Positions 1-9,225 of a stretch of DNA of 64,000 nucleotides are shown piece by piece (the stretch's first letter is position 1; every line of letters starts with the position of its first letter). The notes under the pieces were generated by a model, which was not told the DNA's origin, searched no databases, and worked only from the letters and a program-made list of their open reading frames with translations. This DNA is from a virus: positions 32,001-96,000 of the IMG/VR virus record IMGVR_UViG_3300028025_003409. One strand, given 5' to 3'. The position numbers and the translations under genes were made by a program.

Positions 1-2833
1 CTTGCGAAGAATATTCTAAAGTTTTTATTTTAACATCGTGTGTTAAAATTCCGTCAATCTCAAACTCTAGCCTTGTCACCATTGCAATCTTTGAAGTGTC
101 TTCCTGTGGTGGATAAATAACCATACTATCTACAACCTCATACTTTGTCCTTAGCCAATCTGATGCTGGAGATACAACCCCATCAGTTGATGCAGGAACA
201 AACTTTGTAAAATATAAATCTGAAGTATTTATACCAGAAGAAACATACTCAAAGTTAATGTAAGATTTTACGTATGAAGAAGATGTGTCAAACTTGTAAG
301 TCTTAGAGACCTTGTTTTTTAAATCTTCGTAATCGTTGTATCCAGTAAAAAGTTGGTTACCTAGTGCATCATAATTTCGCTGTATTGGATAAGAATACTC
401 TCCAGAAAGAGATGGAATAACTTCTTCATTGCTTTGTCCAGGATTGATTACAGTTGGCACACCATATTTCCAAGACACTGGAACTGCTGGAACTTCTAGA
501 TACCTAGATGGTGCTGGGTAATCAATATTAAACTGGATAAAGTCTAGGTCATAGTAATCTTCGTCGTTTGCATCTTTAACATATTCTGATAAATACGATA
601 GTGGCAAATAGTCTTTCCATGAGGACTTTACAGCAATATCAAAATAGTAATTATTGAAATATTCTTTAACAATAAGGGTATAACTTGCTATATGGTTTAC
701 CATTCTGTAAACTGGATATCCGTTTGGGGTCCCGCCATCTAAAAAGTATTGCCAGAAATTTTCATCATTTCCAGTATACTCTCCAGCGTCAATATCTATG
801 TTTGAATAATATAAATCAAAAACATCCTCGTATTCTAAGAAACATCCTTTAAAATTAAATAGTGTTTTTATTGACTCTAAATTGGTTGCATTGCAAAGAC
901 CAACTTTATAAATTTTTCCATGGAAACTTTTTGCAAAATCTTTTGTTCCACCTATATACAATTTTAAGGAAGACCTATTACCAAAAAATGATAGACTGTT
1001 TCTGCCAAAGAAGTCTGTAAATCTTTCTATGTCCATTCCTACAGGGAAAGATTCTCCAACCTGAATCCCTTGCATAGAATATATTGTTTCTAGTTCTCCA
1101 TTATAGAATAAATTATATTTTATATTTGATCCATTGAGAATAATTGAAAAATAGTTTGAAGTGTTCTCTTGCTCAATATAAAGGATTGTTTCATCTACAG
1201 AAGGAAGAACTGTTGGCTTTATAACAAGATAAAAAGCCTTTAAATCTTCTTGTAGCAGATTAAAACCGTCAAACTTTAAATATCCGTTATTAGACCAAGA
1301 ATTTGATGGCTTGAAAGTAAAGAAGTTATCTGCCTCTGTTTGAAATTCAGAAGAAAAAACAATGTCAGTTAAAGATTTTGCTGTTGAATTATTTATAACA
1401 AGTTCTGGAACCTTATAGTCAGGAACAGATAACTTATTGTTTTTAACTATTAAGTTGTTTAGAACTCCCTGATTCCATTTTCCAAGATCTGGGTATGTGT
1501 AATTATTTGTATAGTCTGCATAGTTGTAATCAATGAATACAGACGAACCACTATATGCTGTATTTATATTTTCTGGAAAGTCTACTCCCTGACCATAAAT
1601 AAATCTTCTTTTTGCTACTACTGATGGAACTTTATAAGAGTATATTGCGACTGCATCAATTTCTATTGGTGACACATCCTCATAAGAATAAAAACATAAA
1701 ATTTCATCGCTCCCAGATTGTGGGAAGTCTAGTTCATAGGCATCAAATGATATAGAGCAAACCTCTTCTCCGTTGATCAGAAGACTTGCACCTTTTGATC
1801 CATACACAATATCTATTAGCATGGGCTTGCCCCATTCTCCAACATAATGTGTAGCAATATTATTATTAATTTTTAAAATAAGTGATGTGCCATCAATCCA
1901 CAAACCATCATCAGAATTGGGCTTTCCTAAAATCTTTCTTGGGGAAACTGAGTCGCTATTTACCCTTAACCACATTTCAAAAGTATAATCTTTGTATTTT
2001 CCACTTTCATGTAGAAATCCTTTTGCTGGTATTACTAAACACGGTTCTCCATTGTTGTCAATTAGTTTAGTTATACCACTTGCACCGTATACTAACGGTA
2101 TTCCAGTATTCTTAGCCATAAGGGATCCATTATTTATAATGTAGTATCCATAGTCGCTTGTTAGTCCATAAGAGTCTGCTGCTACTCCATACTTGCCTGG
2201 CAAAATAGGTACTGGAACTTTTGAAACACCTAAAGATGTAGAATTGAATTCCTCTGACCACTGACCAACAGTTAAACCGTTAAGACTAAAGTTATACTCA
2301 TTTTCAAAGTCGTCAGTAAAGAAATAGTTTATCTTAATAACAATTCTCATTGTGGTATTTTGTTTTGGTATGTCAAATGTCTCTGATATAAAACTCCATT
2401 CTTTGCTTACTGGAGATAAGAAAGATTTTAGGTGCTGTATTGTTTTTCCAGAAGAAGTATCGTAATATTCATACCCAATCTTAATTCCAGAGATTGCTGC
2501 TGTGTTTGAATAAAAATATGACCCAATAGAAAATGTTTTTAGGTCTTGATTCATTTCAGAAAAGTTAATGATGTCGTCAGTCACACAAACAATTTCACTA
2601 AATGCTTCATTGCTAATTCTTGCATTAAGAATGTTTGTTACACTATTTGGAAATGGAGAGGTTTTTAAAAATATTTGTTCTGCCACAGCCCCAATTGGTG
2701 TTGGCCAATTTGCAGAAGATCTTTGGCTTTCTGTAATTAGAGAAAGGTAGTCTGCTTTATCATCCAGTGCCCAAAGAGCAATGGGGTGTTCTGAAAACAC
2801 TTTTTCTGCATACAGATTTGATGAAGTAGACAT
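1..2833 (-). CDS. Large virion/tail protein with LamG/concanavalin-A-like segments (3' end runs off the window; absent from the ORF track)
   Basis: ATG at 2833 reads MSTSSNLYAEKVFSEHPIALWALDD; later YTFEMWLRVNS...LLINGEEV, typical of LamG-like folds; frame appears open to the window edge. Confidence 0.65.
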   Translation of the reverse strand, partial: MSTSSNLYAEKVFSEHPIALWALDDKADYLSLITESQRSSANWPTPIGAVAEQIFLKTSPFPNSVTNILNARISNEAFSEIVCVTDDIINFSEMNQDLKTFSIGSYFYSNTAAISGIKIGYEYYDTSSGKTIQHLKSFLSPVSKEWSFISETFDIPKQNTTMRIVIKINYFFTDDFENEYNFSLNGLTVGQWSEEFNSTSLGVSKVPVPILPGKYGVAADSYGLTSDYGYYIINNGSLMAKNTGIPLVYGASGITKLIDNNGEPCLVIPAKGFLHESGKYKDYTFEMWLRVNSDSVSPRKILGKPNSDDGLWIDGTSLILKINNNIATHYVGEWGKPMLIDIVYGSKGASLLINGEEVCSISFDAYELDFPQSGSDEILCFYSYEDVSPIEIDAVAIYSYKVPSVVAKRRFIYGQGVDFPENINTAYSGSSVFIDYNYADYTNNYTYPDLGKWNQGVLNNLIVKNNKLSVPDYKVPELVINNSTAKSLTDIVFSSEFQTEADNFFTFKPSNSWSNNGYLKFDGFNLLQEDLKAFYLVIKPTVLPSVDETILYIEQENTSNYFSIILNGSNIKYNLFYNGELETIYSMQGIQVGESFPVGMDIERFTDFFGRNSLSFFGNRSSLKLYIGGTKDFAKSFHGKIYKVGLCNATNLESIKTLFNFKGCFLEYEDVFDLYYSNIDIDAGEYTGNDENFWQYFLDGGTPNGYPVYRMVNHIASYTLIVKEYFNNYYFDIAVKSSWKDYLPLSYLSEYVKDANDEDYYDLDFIQFNIDYPAPSRYLEVPAVPVSWKYGVPTVINPGQSNEEVIPSLSGEYSYPIQRNYDALGNQLFTGYNDYEDLKNKVSKTYKFDTSSSYVKSYINFEYVSSGINTSDLYFTKFVPASTDGVVSPASDWLRTKYEVVDSMVIYPPQEDTSKIAMVTRLEFEIDGILTHDVKIKTLEYSSQ

Positions 2834-2858
2834 TATAAGTCTATTTTACCACAGAAGA

Positions 2859-4892
2859 CTACTTGTTTATTTTTATTTCACAGTAGTCTGTTGTGCAGTA
2901 TGCTTCGCCCTGAGCCTCAAGATTATCTACACCGTCGTAAATGGCAGCAAAATCAATGTGCTTTAACTTACCAATATATGACTCATATTGCTCTTCAGTG
3001 ATCTGAGTATATGGCTGTTGTGGATATGTGTGATTTCCCATTGGTAGGAATGAGACTGCCTTTAGTTGCCCCTCGTACATGTGAAGTGCAGGAACAACAT
3101 GCTTTGACTCTGTTTCCTTGTCAAATGAAAGTGTTACAGAAACACCATTATCAGACCAGTACTTCTGAGCAGTTGCAGCAAGTGCAATCTTTTCAAACAA
3201 TGTAACATCCTTTTCAGATCTTGGATGGCCTGACTTGATTGGGAAATATACAACTGATGTGTTTGCTGATACCACATCGTCTTCAATTGTGTACCCTGCT
3301 GCTTTGAACAAATGCATCATTGGATCTGTATTTCCAAATCGAACTGCACGAAGGAAGAAGTTTCCTCCAGGTCCCCAGTGAACTCCAGGAGTTGCACCAG
3401 ACAAGATTGAAACTGATCCTGATGGCTTAACTGTTGTTACACGAATTGATTCACGAACACATAGCCACTCAGAGTACTGGTGGTCATAGTGACGAATCTT
3501 GTTATACCCTTCATCCATCCACTCACGAACTACTGGCAAACCCTTTTGATCTGCAAAAGATGCAATACCAGTAAGTGATGTACCAATACGACGGTTGCGT
3601 TGCATGATACCGTTTGTTTGTGGCCAGTGTGTTGGAACAAGTGTTACAGTCTTTCCATAAAGGTATGCAAACTTAAGGGTACGCAGGAAGTCCTCCTTAG
3701 ATTCATGACGATTCAAGTGCACTTCTACAAGTGTGCATAATTCGTATGATTCCAATGGCTGCTCCGCACATGGGTTGAATCCCATCACACGATAATCCTT
3801 ACCGTCTGGCGCATCCTTTAGTCGTCCATAATTACGAGCAACATCAAGCCAGATAAAACCTGGTTCTCCGTTTTCTGTAATTAAATCTACATAGTCTTCG
3901 TACCTTGTTCCTACTTCTGCTGAAATAGAATTATTAGACATCCAAGCCCAACCTGGATTCTCTGGATCAAATGAGTTACGCTCTGGGAACATCTCTGAGT
4001 TCTTTAGATTCATAAATGTTTCATCCCCTGCATTACCCAAAGCAAGAGTCGCTGATCGTCTTACGTTGCCTGATACTACGCAGGTACCAATAAGGTTTAC
4101 AAGGTCTACGATAGCACGAGAATCTAGTGTTTCTCCGCCTCTGGAGCCGATTACACGGTCTATCTGGTCGTGTAACTTAATAAGAGGTGCAGGTCCTGAA
4201 GCAACGCCTCCAAAGCCCTTGATAGGGGCTCCAAGAGGTCTAATTAAATCGTAGTTAAACTTCTGAATACTCTGGTTTGCTCTCAAGTAAGAATTAATTA
4301 AAAGTCGTACTGACTCTACCCAGCCTTCACGAGTGTCTGGAATTTCGAACACCTGTTCTGGTTCTGTAGGGGTATAGATTGAGAAATTCTTATCCTGTCC
4401 CACTGTATCAAACCCTACACCAATGCCAAGCATTAATGCATCCATCACCCAAGCAAAAAGGGCTCCTGGATCATTTTTGTCAAGGTCCTTTGTTGAAACC
4501 ATTGCACAGTTTTGTAGTGCTGCTGAGTTCTTCTTCTCCATGGTCATAGGGGTTCCAAATGCCCACATGCCTCGACCTGGTGGTGTCCACTTCAATTCAA
4601 ACATTCTTTGGAATGCTTCTTGTGCTGACTTCTGAGCCTTGTAGTCATTCCATGGCAAACGGTTTTCTTTAGCATGATTCTTTTGAACTGAATACATACC
4701 CTCGATTACACGACGACAAACTTCGTGCCACCTTTCCTTAGTTCCATCTTCCTTCATACGGGAATATGTTCGAATAAAAGTAATTTCTCCAAGTGAGTTT
4801 TCTGCTGCATCCTTAAACCCAAATGGGCTTTCTTGGCTCTTGTACTTTTCTACGAAGTCCTCTGGAAGTTTAAAACTAAAGAAATCTGACAT
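2859..4892 (-). CDS. nrdJ: Class II (adenosylcobalamin-dependent) ribonucleoside-triphosphate reductase, monomeric type
   Basis: PPGRG, LQNCA, GNVRRSA, catalytic NPCAEQPLE, ELCTLVE, VKPSGSVS and C-terminal CTTDYC. Confidence 0.93.
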   Translation of the reverse strand: MSDFFSFKLPEDFVEKYKSQESPFGFKDAAENSLGEITFIRTYSRMKEDGTKERWHEVCRRVIEGMYSVQKNHAKENRLPWNDYKAQKSAQEAFQRMFELKWTPPGRGMWAFGTPMTMEKKNSAALQNCAMVSTKDLDKNDPGALFAWVMDALMLGIGVGFDTVGQDKNFSIYTPTEPEQVFEIPDTREGWVESVRLLINSYLRANQSIQKFNYDLIRPLGAPIKGFGGVASGPAPLIKLHDQIDRVIGSRGGETLDSRAIVDLVNLIGTCVVSGNVRRSATLALGNAGDETFMNLKNSEMFPERNSFDPENPGWAWMSNNSISAEVGTRYEDYVDLITENGEPGFIWLDVARNYGRLKDAPDGKDYRVMGFNPCAEQPLESYELCTLVEVHLNRHESKEDFLRTLKFAYLYGKTVTLVPTHWPQTNGIMQRNRRIGTSLTGIASFADQKGLPVVREWMDEGYNKIRHYDHQYSEWLCVRESIRVTTVKPSGSVSILSGATPGVHWGPGGNFFLRAVRFGNTDPMMHLFKAAGYTIEDDVVSANTSVVYFPIKSGHPRSEKDVTLFEKIALAATAQKYWSDNGVSVTLSFDKETESKHVVPALHMYEGQLKAVSFLPMGNHTYPQQPYTQITEEQYESYIGKLKHIDFAAIYDGVDNLEAQGEAYCTTDYCEIKINK

Positions 4893-5005
4893 AATATGTA
4901 TCGTCCTTTCAAAAACGGATTAAGCGTTAAGTATAGCAGAGTTTTATAAAAAGTAAAACTCTACCTAAAGTATTAGTTGATAGTTGTTGTTTTTTATAAA
5001 TAGTA

Positions 5006-5740
5006 TTACTTAAAAACTTTTTTTTGCCAGAATTTTAGTCTATATCCATTCTGAAACATTGACCTAACAACTCTTCTTTGTAGATTGGTTTTTTCTGGAT
5101 CAAACTCTTTGTCAATTTCCATTTCCCACTCATCACGCCTAAAAGGAAATACTTGTGCTAATGGAGTTCCTTGTTTAATTATGCCTTTAAAGTTTTTCTG
5201 TATAAAAAATGATAGATGACCATCGGACCAAAACTTATCAGTATCAATAATTGCTTCAACTGCTCTGAGTGGCGAAGGTGGTTGATGAATTGGTTGCATA
5301 AATAAAGTACTAAAGCCTTCTGGAGTGCTGACCATCCATGTTGGATGAATTCTTAATATCTGATTACAGTAAAGATTTTGATCTAATGGCAAATGAGAAA
5401 CTTGTTCTGTTGAGTGATGAGCAATTAATTCTGCTTTAAATCTTTGCATTTCTGCTGGAAGTTGAACATCAAATCTTCCTTCTGTGGTATCAATATATAT
5501 ATCTACAGGAACCTTTAGCATATATCCCATAGACATGGAGTCAAAGAAAGCCTGACACTTTTTTACTGTAAGTCTAAAACTACCATTTTCTGGAATTTCT
5601 GGATTTGGGCCAGTAATACTTGGTTGATGTCTATACCAGTCTGGAACATTTTTAGTTCCTGGTTCTGGCAAAGGAAACACATCTACTAGATGAGGGTATG
5701 CCTGAAGAAACTTAATTTTATTAAATGGTATTTTTTTCAT
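5006..5740 (-). CDS. Conserved phage protein, paralog of 54647-55387
   Basis: Shared motifs PxWYR, KxCxxFxDxMSxGY, IxDxDxxW, FxGxIxxGTPxAQxxPxxRDxW, YRxxxWxKK. Confidence 0.7.
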   Translation of the reverse strand: MKKIPFNKIKFLQAYPHLVDVFPLPEPGTKNVPDWYRHQPSITGPNPEIPENGSFRLTVKKCQAFFDSMSMGYMLKVPVDIYIDTTEGRFDVQLPAEMQRFKAELIAHHSTEQVSHLPLDQNLYCNQILRIHPTWMVSTPEGFSTLFMQPIHQPPSPLRAVEAIIDTDKFWSDGHLSFFIQKNFKGIIKQGTPLAQVFPFRRDEWEMEIDKEFDPEKTNLQRRVVRSMFQNGYRLKFWQKKVFK

Positions 5741-5779
5741 AATACAAGTATATCACTAATGGATAGTTCTTGCAAAATA

Positions 5780-7147
5780 TTATACCTTGGAGTTGTGGAC
5801 TACCATGTTACCAGCGATAATAGTATCGACAGGGAATGCATTAAACTTGAATACATTTCTTGTTTCTTCGATATATTCTACGCTTGTTACAGGTGTTGCT
5901 GTCATGCCAAATTCTTCTGCTTCAAAGATAAAGTCACTTGTCAATACCTTTTCTGCCTCAAGGAACATATGAGTATTGTCTCTCTTAATAAGAACCTTTT
6001 CTCCTTCAGTAAATCTCTTGCCCTTGTCACCGTTAAAGAATAGTGTTTTTTCTTTAACAGATGGCTCGATAGCGATAATTTCTGAGTTAACTCTTGAGAC
6101 TTGTTCAAGAACTGCTGGGTAAATTGTTGATGCTGATGGATCAACTGATTCATCTAGCAATCCATCCCAACTGATAGACCAGATTTTTTCTCCAACAACA
6201 ATGTCTTTTGCTGCCTTAAACTCTATTGAATTATCTTCACCAATAACTTGAATCAGTGTGTCTTCATCAATACAATATCTCAGTGGTACGAATGAGTAAG
6301 GTCCTGGTGTAAATGAAAATGTTGGTGTGAATGAATATGTTGGTGTAAAAGAATATGGTGTAAAAGAATAAGGTGTAAATGAATATGTTGGTGTAAATGA
6401 ATACGGTACAAATGAATATGGCACGAATGAGTAAGGTACGAATGAATATACTGGTGTAAATGAATAGGGTACGAATGAATAAGGTGTAAATGAGAATGGT
6501 ACAAATGAAAACGGTGTAAATGAGAATGTTGTTACTGATGCAGATGGAGAAGAAACTGCAGAGTTACCATTAGCATTTGTTGCATAAACTGTATATGTTT
6601 GTGCTGTTCCGCCTTCTTGTGATACTGAAACAGATGTTCCTGCTTGTGTTGCACCCTTTCCATCTGAAGATGCCCAAGTATAAGAAGTAATTGCAGATCC
6701 ACCATTTGCTGGTGCAGTCCAAGATACAGAGTCTGTTGTTGATCCCGCTACGTTAGCACCAGCAGAAGGTGTTGGGGATGATACTGACGGAGCAGCAGGC
6801 GCTGCAGGAACTGTTGTTACAGTCACAGAAGCAGAGGCAGTAGATACAGGAGATATGCCTGCAGCATTTGTTGCCCGAACTGTAAATGTTGGTGTTGCTT
6901 CTGATGCAATGCCAGTCACAATAATTGGAGAGGATGCTCCAGTTGCTGTCTGTCCTGTGCTTGCTGTTACTGTATAAGATGTGGCAGCAGGCGATAGTGC
7001 TGGTAAGGCAAATGCTACAGAAACTGCACCATTATTAAAAGCCCGTCCTGTTCCTACGTTTGTTCCAGTAACACCTGTTGGTGCTAATGGCTCCAAAAAG
7101 TCATTTGACGCTTGAGACTTCTTACCTATCTTCTTACCTGCTGCCAT
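5780..7147 (-). CDS. Virion surface protein: two fibronectin-III-like domains, YSFTP repeats and a C-terminal Hint domain
   Basis: FN3 signatures (FTVRATNAAG, VSWTAPANGGSAITSY, YTVYATNANG); 15 pentapeptide repeats; CIDEDTLI...VVHN-SKV. Confidence 0.85.
   Translation of the reverse strand: MAAGKKIGKKSQASNDFLEPLAPTGVTGTNVGTGRAFNNGAVSVAFALPALSPAATSYTVTASTGQTATGASSPIIVTGIASEATPTFTVRATNAAGISPVSTASASVTVTTVPAAPAAPSVSSPTPSAGANVAGSTTDSVSWTAPANGGSAITSYTWASSDGKGATQAGTSVSVSQEGGTAQTYTVYATNANGNSAVSSPSASVTTFSFTPFSFVPFSFTPYSFVPYSFTPVYSFVPYSFVPYSFVPYSFTPTYSFTPYSFTPYSFTPTYSFTPTFSFTPGPYSFVPLRYCIDEDTLIQVIGEDNSIEFKAAKDIVVGEKIWSISWDGLLDESVDPSASTIYPAVLEQVSRVNSEIIAIEPSVKEKTLFFNGDKGKRFTEGEKVLIKRDNTHMFLEAEKVLTSDFIFEAEEFGMTATPVTSVEYIEETRNVFKFNAFPVDTIIAGNMVVHNSKV
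5792..6274 (-). other. Hint/intein-like domain (161 aa, Cys1 to His-Asn, followed by SKV-stop)
   Basis: Block A CIDEDTLI; KDIVVGEKI; block B FTEGE; block G VVHN/S; no endonuclease. Confidence 0.8.
6284..6526 (-). repeat. 15 coding repeats of (Y/F)SF(T/V)P
   Basis: Translation FSFTP FSFVP FSFTP YSFVP YSFTP...; synonymous codon variation between units. Confidence 0.95.
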
Positions 7148-7179
7148 GTCTATCTCCTAATTTCTTATTGAATTTTGTA

Positions 7180-8691
7180 TTACGCTGTCAAGTCGCCGTA
7201 GACAACCCATGTATTTGCTGCTCTCTTAAAGAGAGTACAAGATGACCAGGTTGTACGAAGTTTCAAGCCAGGTGTTGCATTTACTGTGACTGTTCCTGAT
7301 ACTGGGGCGATTGTTACTTGTCCCGCTCCTGTTTGAAGAATGTCAATAGATGTTCCGATTGGGAAATCCAGTGTTGCATCTGTTGGGATTGTTAGTGTCA
7401 TTGCTGATGCTGAACCCATCTCAATTAAATCATCTCTTTCGGTTAGTGATGAAAGTGTGTATGATGCTGTCTTTTGTGAAATTGGTGTTAAAGAATCTAC
7501 CTTTAGTCCAAGGTTTGTTGTTACTGATGCTGCAAAGTTTGCGTCATCACCAAGTGCTGCAGCAAGTTCATCAAGGGTATTAAGTGCTGCTGGAGCACCA
7601 GTTAGAAGTGCGTTTACCTGTGATGTTGCATCTGCAATTGCTTCTGCCTTTGCTGTTGCGATTGCTGTAGACTGTGCTGTTGATACTGGCTTTGATGCAT
7701 CTGCTGTGTTATCAACATTTCCAAGACCAAGTGAAGTCTTTGTAACTGCTGCTACATCTGCTGTAGTTGCAAGTAGAGAAGTATCTGCAATTCCGTGAAC
7801 ATTTGTTGTTATTGCATTCTGTGTAGATATCTTTGTATCTGCTGCTAGTCCTGCTGCAGTGATTGCTGCTGTTTCTGCTGCATCTGCTGCATCATCTGCA
7901 TACGCTTTTGTTGCTAGAAGTGCTGTGTCAACAATTCCGTGAACATTTGTTGTATCATCATTATGTGTTGATACTAAACCACTTGCATATGACTGTGTTG
8001 CTAGAAGTGCTGTGTCTGCAATCCCATGTACATTTGTTGTGTCTGTGTTATGAGTATCTAGCATTGTTGTGGTAACTAGAAGACTTGTATCTTGAATTCC
8101 GTGAACACTTGTCGTGTCTGCACTATGTGTGTCTACTGCGTTATCAGAATATTGCTTAGTAGCAAGAAGTGATGTATCTGCAATGCCGTGAACGCCAGTA
8201 GTGTCACCTGTGTGACCATCTAAAACTGTCTGTGTTACCAAAAGGCTTGTATCTGCAATACCATGCACATCTGTTGTGTCTGAATTATGTGTTGAAATGT
8301 TTGCTGTGGTTGCAAGTAGTGAAGTATCTACAATCCCATGAACATTTGTTGTGTCTAGATTGTGTGTGTTAATTGCTGTTGTTGTAAAAGTGTTTGATTC
8401 GTCAACTGATGTATTAATTGACATTTCTATGGCTGTTCCAAAATTGGCGTCGTCGCCAATTGCTGCTGCCAATTCGTTTAAAGTATTAAGTAGTTCTGGA
8501 GCACCGTCTACAAGGGCAGCAATCTCAGATGCAGAAGCATAATATGTCAGAGAAGACCATGTGTTTACTCCGTCACCAATCTTAAACTTGTTTGTTCCGC
8601 TTTCAAAGCCAATTTCTCCTGCTGCTAGAATTGGGTTTGCAGTAGTCCACTGCTGTGCAGTTCCTCTGCGCTGTTGCATTCTTGTTGCCAT
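7180..8691 (-). CDS. Tail fibre with Mtd/hyaluronidase-type N-terminus and 7 His-containing repeats
   Basis: RMQQRRGTAQQWTTANPILAAGEIGFE N-terminus; GAPxxLNTLxELAAA twice; HxxDTTxVHGIxDTxLLxT repeats; C-terminal domain shared with 15505-16137. Confidence 0.8.
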   Translation of the reverse strand: MATRMQQRRGTAQQWTTANPILAAGEIGFESGTNKFKIGDGVNTWSSLTYYASASEIAALVDGAPELLNTLNELAAAIGDDANFGTAIEMSINTSVDESNTFTTTAINTHNLDTTNVHGIVDTSLLATTANISTHNSDTTDVHGIADTSLLVTQTVLDGHTGDTTGVHGIADTSLLATKQYSDNAVDTHSADTTSVHGIQDTSLLVTTTMLDTHNTDTTNVHGIADTALLATQSYASGLVSTHNDDTTNVHGIVDTALLATKAYADDAADAAETAAITAAGLAADTKISTQNAITTNVHGIADTSLLATTADVAAVTKTSLGLGNVDNTADASKPVSTAQSTAIATAKAEAIADATSQVNALLTGAPAALNTLDELAAALGDDANFAASVTTNLGLKVDSLTPISQKTASYTLSSLTERDDLIEMGSASAMTLTIPTDATLDFPIGTSIDILQTGAGQVTIAPVSGTVTVNATPGLKLRTTWSSCTLFKRAANTWVVYGDLTA

Positions 8692-8745
8692 ATTTTATTT
8701 CTCCTTATGGGTGCTGCCCATTTATCTTATTATAACATCAATTTT

Positions 8746-9195
8746 TTAATTGAAATTATCTACTACACTACCGCCATCAAATACAACTGTCCAAACTGAT
8801 GTGTCTGGGCCACCTGCATCTAAACCTACACCCAATGGGCTGTTGAATGATCCACCTTCATAGAACTGAGATACAATGAAACCAGTTCCATCAATTGCGG
8901 TATCGTGAATGTGCTGTGGTAAATTATTTGTATCATCAATAGTTGCTTGGGTATACCAAGATCCATTGTAATAGAAATTAACTCTATTTGTTACGGTGTC
9001 TAACCACTGTGTTCCGTTTGTTGGTGAAGAGGGAGCAATTGAGTCAACAGTCATTGATCTTGAATCAACATACTCCTTAGTTGCTGCATGTGAGTTTGTT
9101 GTAGGTGTTCCTACTGTCACTGCATCTCCGAATGTACCGCCGTTAGTTACGACTAAGCCATTCTTGACCTTGAAGTCTTTATTCTCTGTTGTCAT
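8746..9195 (-). CDS. Small tail fibre-associated protein
   Basis: NKDFKVKNGLVV N-terminus shared with 9226-11589; AATKEYVD and APSSPTNGTQWLD fibre motifs. Confidence 0.7.
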   Translation of the reverse strand: MTTENKDFKVKNGLVVTNGGTFGDAVTVGTPTTNSHAATKEYVDSRSMTVDSIAPSSPTNGTQWLDTVTNRVNFYYNGSWYTQATIDDTNNLPQHIHDTAIDGTGFIVSQFYEGGSFNSPLGVGLDAGGPDTSVWTVVFDGGSVVDNFN

Positions 9196-9225
9196 TTATT
9201 GCTCCCTTTTCCACACAAATTTTTA

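Noticed and set aside
3011-4635. Plus-strand ORFs inside nrdJ and other antisense ORFs of 60-160 aa
   Set aside because: Fully overlap well-supported genes on the opposite strand and lack RBSs or motifs
6284-6526. 15-18 bp tandem DNA repeats as a CRISPR array or VNTR
   Set aside because: No unique spacers; units vary at synonymous positions and encode YSFTP in frame; no cas genes in the window
7180-8691. Diversity-generating retroelement suggested by the Mtd-like N-terminus
   Set aside because: No reverse transcriptase and no TR/VR pair with adenine-specific differences seen in the window
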